Assembly: GCA_002633005.1 (NCBI GenBank)
Contig: NMRA01000067.1
Location: 914,440-978,439 of the forward strand
Reading direction: 5' to 3'
DNA: 64,000 nucleotides
DNA from: Phoronis australis
Taxonomy: Eukaryota > Animalia > Phoronida
A program made the translations under genes and the position numbers. Below are positions 40,131 to 48,240 of this stretch, piece after piece; position 1 is the stretch's first letter; each line of letters begins with the position of its first letter. The notes under the pieces are model-generated. The model made no database searches and had not been told where the DNA came from. It saw only the letters and a list, made by a program, of their open reading frames with translations.

Positions 40131-41830
40131 AACATGTTGTGAACACATCCACTACCACAAGAAACTGTAGGAACATCACATTTATCCACCTTCACTCTTA
40201 TCAGGCTTCTATTGTGAGTCAGCATGCGTTAATAATTGGCTGATAAGCCACCTATGGAACTACTTTTGGCTGAATGGATGACCAGGCCATCAAATGATAA
40301 TTAGTCAAGACCAGTTTAAATAATGCAACAACCTTGGTGGAAAGCTGTATACTGTATTGGCTCCAATAAACCCTTAGAAAAATTCATTTCAAGGTTGAGG
40401 GGACTCTTATTGTAGCCTAAGGTAGTTGAAACCCAGTTTCCAAAACCAGTAAAATCGGAAGCTAGGATTCATCAAATTTACGCTTTGTGACGTATTTGTA
40501 GCCTATGACAGTCTTTCTACAAAATTGTGGTGCATTGCTATCACACTCCGTTGTTAAATTACGATCATTTTTCAAAAAATTGTGCTGAAATCCCAGGGCG
40601 AAAACGTGCCGACTGATACGTCGCTGAATCGCGAACGTCGATAGGAAAACTTGAATTCTTGAATAAAAATATAGTTTCGACTCAACAAATTACCTGAAAT
40701 CTTCCTTGTTTTACAATTTTTAAAGTTCGTGTGGAGTCCAGATTAATTGCGATTAAATCCAAATCTGCGCTACATCGTACCCCACAACACGAGAAAAATC
40801 TTTGGATGAACACGAGACGTTTGTTTTGAGCTTCGTCTGCATATGACAGTGAGTGAGCGAACGCGTGCGGGTCATCGACGACAGACAGGCGGAGGATTAC
40901 GCAAGAAAATGGCGTTTATTAGATTGTTTTTCACTTAAACGGCTGCAACGTGCAAGGTGAGTACCGGTTAACTCACAGATTTTGTGTGCACAGGCCGACG
41001 GTCGTTTGCTCTACCGTAGAGTAAAACATTAATAGTCCTAGGCTCGATCTACATGTTGGGGACGAGGTGAACTACCTGGGCTGTGTGCAATTTCTGGGTC
41101 TAACGGAGACACTGACGCAGTGGTCAGCCAGCTCGCTGTATCAAGACTATCGTCAAAATCCAAATTCGTTTTATCGTGTCCATGTCAATAATAACGGCAT
41201 GCTAAAGTTTCTTAATGTTCGTACTTCAGGAACATAACAATCACGTGTTTTGTATACATAAGTACACGCCGCAGATCACATCTCGGAAATTTCCAATTTG
41301 ACGGATGACAATGAATGAGCACAATGAAATTAAACAACATCGTTTTATAGTTTGTAAGAGTTATAATAAACATATTTTGAATATTACAATGCATGTGTTC
41401 CAAAATCTAAATAACGTGGGTGCTATATTTTTGTATTCGTGCGCGCCGACTGAAAGTAATTGTGAGTGTTGCTGTGTTGCTAAATCTCTTATTCTGGCCC
41501 GATTTGAAAAATTCAAAGTTGTACCAACATTATTTCTCTCCTCTTTTCAAATATTACACTCAATACTATGTAAAACGCTGTCCGTAAAAAGTACGTTCAT
41601 CTAGGCTAGATTGTAATCAGCTGATCGTATCCGCATGAGCGAAACCAATTATTCTCGCTCGTGACTCAATGAATAGAGCAGCTAGGCACGATCCCTTTGA
41701 TCGTGAGCTGAGCACGACACAGCCAAGGTGGATAGATAGGATCTAGTTCAATCGGCCAAACCCCACAGTTTTTCCTGATCAGTGGGGTTTGACAAGATCT
41801 CGTTTAGTGGGAGTCTTTATAGCATGAAAT
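40131..41830 (+). repeat. Left arm of an inverted duplication (partner ~55470-56970)
   Basis: Continuous reverse-complement similarity, including ~220 bp outside the family A terminus. Confidence 0.85.
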
Positions 41831-41930
41831 CAGAGTTTGTAAACTTCGAACTTTTAGAAATAGTTCTCTATACCACTACAGTAGTGAGTCTCGCGTTACA
41901 GTAATCTATAATTGTTAGGCTACAATAAAC

Positions 41931-42182
41931 AAGGTACCTAAACTACACGGTCAATGGACTCATCCGCTTCCTGGGTCAGCTGACATCACCATTTTGTCCG
42001 TGACCCGTGTTTGGCGGTCCGTTAACCGTGTTTCCTCGGGAATATGAGTCTGTGTCCCGTGTATTTGGGTGCGTGGATCATGTTTTGTGAGTCAGTGGAC
42101 GGTGTTTGCAGGTCCGTGAGTCGAGTTCATGCGTCCGTGCCCCGTGTTTATGAGCCCGTTGACCGTGTAGTTTAGGTACCTT
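41931..42182. mobile_element. ~250-bp MITE; diverged relatives at ~55085-55310 and ~57130-57300
   Basis: TIR AAGGTACCTAAACTACACGGTCAA / TTGACCGTGTAGTTTAGGTACCTT. Internal CCGTG(T) repeats. Confidence 0.8.
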
Positions 42183-42683
42183 GATAAACGGAGCTTACAT
42201 ATCACAAAAGTATCATAGCAGGTTGGCAATAAGGGGCAGACTTTCGCTTTGGTGATTAAGCCAAATCAGGGCCTAGTGGGCCAGCATTGCGCGGGGGGGT
42301 GGTTAAAATTTCTAGAAAAATAAGGTGAACCTTTTGATATCTTACAAATGACTCAACATTAGTTTTCAGCAAGGCCCTGGACGCTGCTTAATTATGGTGA
42401 AGGGAAATCTGTATCCGTGGCAACGATGGCTCTCAGGTCTATGTTCCAGAGATTAGACGAAATTAGTAATACCAAAAATGAGGATGCCGTGCACGGTTGC
42501 TCACAAAGAACGAAACTCAGAAGTAATGTGGTCCACAAATAGAACACTCTCACATTACCTCCTGCCATATTTTGAAATCAGGCTTTATTAAATGAGTGAT
42601 TACACCTCATTACATACTCGAACGGAAATATTTGGTAGAATGGCTTTGCGTAATTTTTCATCTGATTGCATTTTAGTTAGTTA

Positions 42684-42926
42684 GTGGTGTGGTGTCTTAG
42701 ACACAGGGTTAGATGTGTAGTTAGTGTAGCTTAGTGTAGTTAGTGCTTGCACTTTCTAGCTTTCAGCTTCTACGACCACCTAGTCCTCTGAGACGAATTA
42801 GGAAGGCATATATAAGACCCGCCTTGGTGGCTTTTAACTACCTCTAATCAAGACTCTTGCAGTACCTCCTCGTGGTACACCATGGTAACTGGGCACCTTG
42901 CTGCCCCAGGCTAAATTTTGCAAGGG
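42684..42926 (+). ncRNA. HDV-like self-cleaving ribozyme with long J1/2 insertion
   Basis: P1 GTGGTGT(42684-90)/ACACCAT(42877-83) with G1-U wobble. P2 CTCTTGCAG(42854-62)/TTGCAAGGG(42918-26). P3 ACC/GGT with L3 TCCTCGT. P1.1 CC/GG(42884-85). P4 CTGGG/CCCAG. J4/2 GCTAA, catalytic C42911. Confidence 0.8.
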
Positions 42927-43330
42927 ATCTCGGAAGAGGTTAGGCTCTTAAAGGTGCAACGTGCATGACCCATCGGTGTATGGATATGCTCTGGCGTTCA
43001 CCAACCTAACTCCCAGCTATGGGCAAATAGCACCCTTCATTGGTTGGGCTCAAGACTTACTACCTTGTCCCGTAAAATACTAGCTTTTTGTGGCTGAGCG
43101 GACGTGGTGCCTTTCAGATGCTCTCCACATCCCTGGCACTCAACGGTCAGAAGAACTGCAGGGAGCTGCAGGTGGAGCCGACCCCCCCATCAGAGTGGAC
43201 GAAGTGTCTGTTGGATACCTTACTTGTCCTACGCACTCAACGTTCAGAAGGGCAGGAGACGACGGATTGTCTTCTTGGTCAGGGGTCCGGGAGAGGTCAC
43301 TCCCGGCTGCCACATTGTGTCAGTGAACAT

Positions 43331-43574
43331 ACCGGTGCGTGGCAGTTTACCGATTCTAAGCCATCACCTCATCGGCGTCGGGTGGGCGTCAGGGGCCACG
43401 CATGACGGTGGGAGGGGTTCTTTAACCCTTATTGGTCAGTTGCCGCCCGCCTTAAGCCTGGCAGCCCCAGGCCAGTAGGGAACTGACCCGCCGCGGTTAG
43501 CCTGCCCCTTTGGGCGTAGGGGGCTTAGAGGTTGTTACAACCTCGACAGGCTTATCGTTACTCCATCGCCTGCT
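43331..43574 (+). promoter_or_regulatory. Putative dicistrovirus IGR-like IRES driving non-AUG initiation at GCU 43572
   Basis: SL-IV-like AGGGGTT-CTTT-AACCCTT. SL-V GCCTGG-CAGCC-CCAGGC. Helix GGTCAGTT/AACTGACC. Domain 3 AGCCTG/CAGGCT with 7-nt loop TGGGCGT pairing to CGCCT(43567-71), followed by in-frame GCT. Confidence 0.7.
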
Positions 43575-46500
43575 TCAAGACTTATTACAGAAGTAAACGT
43601 CCATACGGATGCTGGACGGCGCTACTGGGAAAGTGCAGCCGGACAGAACATCCGCCGTGGCGCCAGAAAGCGCGGACCTAGAAAGAAACGTAGAGGTAAA
43701 AGAGCTGGCAAACGAGCCCGTCAACTCAAGTACGAAAGACTTCAACTCAACCGTCTCAGGATTGGTTACTGTAATATACGTGGCATACGGGGCAGCAAGC
43801 ATATACTGGATAAAATCTGTGCGGGCTACGACATTCTCCTGTTTCAAGAAACCAAACTCAAAGACCTAACAGACTTTGAACTCGAAGGTTTCATTTTTCC
43901 TAGAGAGGGCATCACCAATGGCCTGGCGTACGCAATCAACAAACACAGCCACACCATGGTAGAGCTTGTGGATACTCACAGTTTCACTACCACTGACAGG
44001 CAACTACAGATTATAAGTATCACTGATCCTGGTTTCTGCGACCCATTCACACTAGTCAATCTGTATATACGGGGAAACTCCTCCCCTAGTTGCGACCATT
44101 GGAATTTTCTTCACAATCTGCTTCACATCTATCCCGACATTCTCATTGTTGGTGACTTTAATGCTCGTCATTCCAGCTGGGATGTCTACGGTGTGAACCC
44201 AAATGGTAAAGGTCTCGCCGAATGCCTTCCAGAACTAGATTTATATATTCTCAACTCTGGTGAACCCACTAGGATGGCTGAGAGACCGGGTGACAAGGAC
44301 TCGTGCATTGACCTTGCTCTGTGCAGCGACAATCTTCGCGACCGTGCTAAGTGGCGCAGGAGTTGTCAAGCTGGAAGCGATCACTACTTGTGTGAAGTTC
44401 AACTACACCACCAATTAAAGGCTCCAGTAACGACTTACAAACGGCCCTACAATAATACCGAAGGGGATAAAATCTGGAAATCAGTGTGCAGACACGCCAA
44501 AAGCTTACATAAGCACGTATGCCACCACAGGAAGCAGAACCCCCCTACTTGGTGGAATAAAGATGTTGACACTGCCTGGGCCAACAAGCGCTCCAAAGAG
44601 CGGGATTTTGATCGTGCACGTCAAAACTGCACACCGGAAGAGTTCACGGTCGTCAGAACAGCCAGAAACAGGGCCACTGCCCTGTTCAAACGCTCAGCAT
44701 CCGAGGCTGCCAATCGTCGATGGGATGAGCTTTGCAGCCGATCCAACTTGACAGCTACAGATTTCTGGCACTTCCATCGTAACATGGACAAGAGACGTGC
44801 TCCCCCCAGATCCATCCTACTGAATGCAAGCAACACCATTCTCAGGAATGACAGGGAACAGGGTGAGGCTTTTCTCCTGCGTTTCATCCAGCAAAGTGAC
44901 CACAGTGATGAATCTGAAAGAAACCTCCTCATCCAACAACTAGATGGACTTTGCAAGACAGCTGAACAGGACAGTCAATTCTCTGCAGCAGAGGTTGCGG
45001 AGGCTATCAAAACTTGCAAAGAGGGTGCCCCTGGCCCCGATGGCGTGAGAGTCCTGACACTCAAGTCTTTGCCTGACTTTCTGCTGGCCAAGCTTGTGAA
45101 GTCCTACAACGTCAGTTTGGCCACTGGAATCATCCCTCACATCTGGACAGATGCCTTCTTAATTCCTGTACCAAAACCTGGAAAAGACCATCGTGCACTC
45201 AAGGGATATCGCATCATAGTGATGCAGAACGTCATTGGAAAAATCCCTGAAAGGATCATGGCGCAAAGAATCACCAAGTTAATTGAACCCTGGCTCCTCC
45301 CAGGAATGGGTGCTTATCGACCTGGTAGAGATTCATGGGCCAACGCAGCTTCTGTTGCGGATGAGATATGGCAAGGTTTTGAAAACAAAGAAAACACTCT
45401 CCTCGTTGGCCTTGATCTAGAAGATGCGTACAATTCTGTTCAACTTCCAAAACTTGCGGATGGCATGCTTCATCTCGGTATTCCTGTACGATGCATTAGA
45501 TGGGTGATGAGTGCCCTCAACAGCCGGCGATGCATGCTAAAACATCGTACATGGCGTTCAGAATGGGTATCTGTCAACACAGGCTTACCCCAAGGTTCAC
45601 CTCTGTCCCCAGTGCTGTTCAATATCTACACCCTCCCACTCGCCAGACTGAACCGCGCTGACTGCCGACTTCGCACCTTTGCAGACGACATGCTGCTGTC
45701 ATCGCAAGGACAAACACATCATGAGATTCTCCACAAAGCACAGTCTTCATTGATAAAAATATGCGAGTTTTGTGCTACCAGCGGAATGAGCTGCAATGGA
45801 GACAAATGTGAAGCTCTCTTCTGTACTCTGGACAATCGCCTCAGTGTTGATGATTTCCCTTGCCCTACCTACGATGGGAAGTTGATTGCTACATCTGACC
45901 ACATGCGTCACTTGGGTGTAGAACTTGACCGCAGGCTCAACTTCACAACTCAAGTTAACAGTATGATCAGCCGTGCCAACAGAGGAATCAATGCCCTTAG
46001 GGCTGCGGCTGGTCGGAAGGCGGAGGAAAGGCACCTCGTCATGCTTTATAAAGCCCTGGTCACTTCGATCTTCGACTACGCTCTCCCCATGATCAACATC
46101 AGTAAAAATCAAATCAACAGACTTGAGAGGCTCCAGAACATTGGTCTTCGCGTCATCACTGGATGTACGAGAACTACGTCAGTCACAGCATTACGTTACC
46201 TTGTCGGTATTCCCAGCATTGCAGACAGACAATCCCTTCTACAAGGTATTACTGTAGCCAAGGCTGTTCAAAGCCCCTTCCATCCATTACACAGTCAAGT
46301 GAAGACTGCACTTGACAGGTGCGTGAACTCCGTCCCTGCAACAGAAACTTATGGACTTCGTCCTAGACCTTTTCGCAATGCCTCCCACCAAAGACTTAGC
46401 AGGTGCTCGTGGACTGTCGCTGCTGTTAACGCAACCATGGGTCTCATCGGCGAACACATGATCGCGCAAGTTGCTGCTTGGCTGCCAGTACAAGAACTTG

Positions 46501-47273
46501 GTGAGGAACCGAATGTCATCATTGCTTTCAACAGGGAAGCTCGGGAATGGCCTCCTGGAGTAGCCCAAGCATTGTGCCGTCAGCAATGGCGTGATCTTGG
46601 CGGTATTAATGCCATCATTGTAGCAACTGATGGATCCTTCGATGGTGAAACTAATCGTGCGGGATGGGGCTATCAAATACGCTGTGCTAACAACGTCATT
46701 GCAGAAGGTAGTGGCTGCCACCATATATCCACAAGCAGTACGCGGATGGAGTTTGAGGCTATACAACGAGCCCTAACCAAGCTGTCACTCCTAGACCTGG
46801 AGAATCACACCATTATCTTTGCCACCGATTCCATGGCAGTGTTGATGAAAGTTCAATCTGGAAACCTCCCAGCCAACTGGGGTGTCTTCCGATCACGCCA
46901 CCCTCATCATGTGGTGATCTGGTCTTTCGTACCTGGCCACGCCGGTGTCTTGATTAATGAGCGTGCAGATTACCTCGCTGGCTCATGCACCACCAACCAA
47001 CCCCTCTACTTATATTCGGCTGACGTTAAGCTGCTGGCTCGCAAACGCAACCACGAGCAGACTGCATCCCAGCTGGCTGAGTTCAATGATGGCAGCCGCC
47101 TGCTCGAAGCCGGTATTATTTATGGCCATGCTGCGAAGAGTCACAAGAAGGGCCGTGCCCAAGTGCTATCTAATCATATGCTTACAGGCAACGTCAGCCC
47201 TGGAGTTCTGCGCCTTCTGCTGTCACGGGGATGGTCTGGGGAGGGGATTAATGCACCAGCATATCCCCAATGA
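43572..47273 (+). CDS. Retrotransposon polyprotein: basic N-terminus, AP endonuclease, reverse transcriptase, RNase H (~1233 aa from the inferred GCU start; 1105 aa from the first ATG at 43956)
   Basis: Frame is open from 43479. APE: LRIGYCNIRG, DILLFQET, GDFNARH, IDL, SDH. RT: PGPDG, YR.I, DLEDAYNSV, GLPQGSPLSP, FADD, LGV. RNase H: TDGS, E.EAI, TDS, PGHAG..NERAD. Start position is inferred. Confidence 0.93.
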   Translation, partial: ASRLITEVNVHTDAGRRYWESAAGQNIRRGARKRGPRKKRRGKRAGKRARQLKYERLQLNRLRIGYCNIRGIRGSKHILDKICAGYDILLFQETKLKDLTDFELEGFIFPREGITNGLAYAINKHSHTMVELVDTHSFTTTDRQLQIISITDPGFCDPFTLVNLYIRGNSSPSCDHWNFLHNLLHIYPDILIVGDFNARHSSWDVYGVNPNGKGLAECLPELDLYILNSGEPTRMAERPGDKDSCIDLALCSDNLRDRAKWRRSCQAGSDHYLCEVQLHHQLKAPVTTYKRPYNNTEGDKIWKSVCRHAKSLHKHVCHHRKQNPPTWWNKDVDTAWANKRSKERDFDRARQNCTPEEFTVVRTARNRATALFKRSASEAANRRWDELCSRSNLTATDFWHFHRNMDKRRAPPRSILLNASNTILRNDREQGEAFLLRFIQQSDHSDESERNLLIQQLDGLCKTAEQDSQFSAAEVAEAIKTCKEGAPGPDGVRVLTLKSLPDFLLAKLVKSYNVSLATGIIPHIWTDAFLIPVPKPGKDHRALKGYRIIVMQNVIGKIPERIMAQRITKLIEPWLLPGMGAYRPGRDSWANAASVADEIWQGFENKENTLLVGLDLEDAYNSVQLPKLADGMLHLGIPVRCIRWVMSALNSRRCMLKHRTWRSEWVSVNTGLPQGSPLSPVLFNIYTLPLARLNRADCRLRTFADDMLLSSQGQTHHEILHKAQSSLIKICEFCATSGMSCNGDKCEALFCTLDNRLSVDDFPCPTYDGKLIATSDHMRHLGVELDRRLNFTTQVNSMISRANRGINALRAAAGRKAEERHLVMLYKALVTSIFDYALPMINISKNQINRLERLQNIGLRVITGCTRTTSVTALRYLVGIPSIADRQSLLQGITVAKAVQSPFHPLHSQVKTALDRCVNSVPATETYGLRPRPFRNASHQRLSRCSWTVAAVNATMGLIGEHMIAQVAAWLPVQELGEEPNVIIAFNREAREWPPGVAQALCRQQWRDLGGINAIIVATDGSFDGETNRAGWGYQIRCANNVIAEGSGCHHISTSSTRMEFEAIQRALTKLSLLDLENHTIIFATDSMAVLMKVQSGNLPANWGVFRSRHPHHVVIWSFVPGHAGVLINERADYLAGSCTTNQPLYLYSADVKLLARKRNHEQTASQLAEFNDGSRLLEAGIIYGHAAKSHKKGRAQVLSNHMLTGNVSPGVLRLLLSRGWSGEGINAPAYPQ

Positions 47274-48019
47274 TCCTGTCCGTGACAGGTATTACAGGTA
47301 TTACAGGTATTTAGTTATACTTACATTGCTTAAATCACTGGACATGGGAACAGCCCACTATTCCGAAGGTTCGCTACTTCGAAGTTTCGATATTCCGAAG
47401 GTTCAATGACAACGAAAATATCTAAAACTTCTGACTCAGGTGCAACTGTTACACTTTTACATCCAAAAATAAATGACACTTCTGTTAAATAGATGCAAGT
47501 ATACCAAAAATAACGCACGAGTAATAAATCACTTTGTTTGAATTTCATGCGCATGCGATATCGTCCGCATGTCTTAGGAGCACTGAAAAATAAGTACGTA
47601 CTAGCATTTCTGAAAGAATGTGAAGTATTATGTTGATGAATAATCAACCACAATATATTCATCAAATCCATGTCAAGATTGCATCGTTTCACAGCCCGAC
47701 TAAAGAGTTTAGGGCTGACTAAAAAGTTTAGGGCAGCTGTGCTGCAACCTTACCTACCAGAAGTACTCGCACGGCAGGGTCAAAAATAAATGTTAAGTTA
47801 GTAGGCGAATCCTGTCCCTGCCAGTCTTCATGAAAGTCTCATTCAGTCTTCTTAAAAGAGAATGCCACCCGATTTAATTAGTCTTTTTTACCGTCTTAAT
47901 CGGTCTATATCCACATCGCCTATTATAAGGTCAACCTCACCTTGCCGAGAGGTGTCATGTTAACCTGTGAGGAAGGTGAGAAACGACGCAGCGACGTCAG
48001 TGGTTCGTCTGCAGAATGA

Positions 48020-48240
48020 ATGCCGCTATATTGCGGTGCATGATTCCCGCTTGTCCAAACTATGAAGCTGCGAAGAAAGCGGGTATATCATTTTTTCAAC
48101 TTCCTCGAGAGCCCGAAATGCTTAGGAAGTGGCTCGCGATAGTGAAGAATGAAAGGTACGCTGTTTAAATAGCAAGTATGAGGCCGTGAAACATCTCCAT
48201 GTCTGTGGCCGGCATTTTGTCCCCAACAGTGATTTCTCTG
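48020..48240 (+). pseudogene. THAP zinc-finger domain remnant, probably from a DNA transposon (Kolobok or P-element type)
   Basis: MPLYC../..IPACPN...GISFFQLPREPEMLRKWLAIVK...HLHVCGRHF..DF matches the C2CH THAP signature. Frameshifted. TTAA|AAGAG at ~47853 could be a Kolobok-like end. Confidence 0.75.

Larger units (their letters stand above)
42684..47311 (+). mobile_element. Full-length non-LTR retrotransposon, single ORF APE-RT-RNase H (I-group/Ingi-like; clade uncertain)
   Basis: Intact pol ORF. 3' tail (ACAGGTATT)x3 at 47285-47311. Candidate TSD TTAGTTA at 42677-42683 and 47311-47317. The 5' end coincides with the predicted ribozyme cleavage site. GC content is higher than the flanks. 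Confidence 0.92.

Noticed and set aside
43104-43478. Upstream ORF in frame with pol, separated by a single UAG-G followed by structure (gammaretrovirus-like readthrough)
   Set aside because: It starts at GTG and shows no gag/ORF1-like features. The TAG lies within the IRES-like domain 2, and PKI plus GCU explains initiation more specifically. Not formally excluded.
43479-43760. Searched for a 2A 'StopGo' peptide (DxExNPGP) as found in L1Tc/Ingi-type elements
   Set aside because: No NPGP motif in the N-terminal extension.
43609-43869. AUG-initiated 86-aa +1-frame ORF overlapping the pol N-terminus (ORFx-like or frameshift entry)
   Set aside because: No recognisable domain or slippery site. 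The +1 frame from the PKI end stops at TAA before this AUG.
44563-46766. Several antisense and alternate-frame ORFs within the pol gene
   Set aside because: Shadow ORFs expected in GC-richer coding sequence; no motifs.
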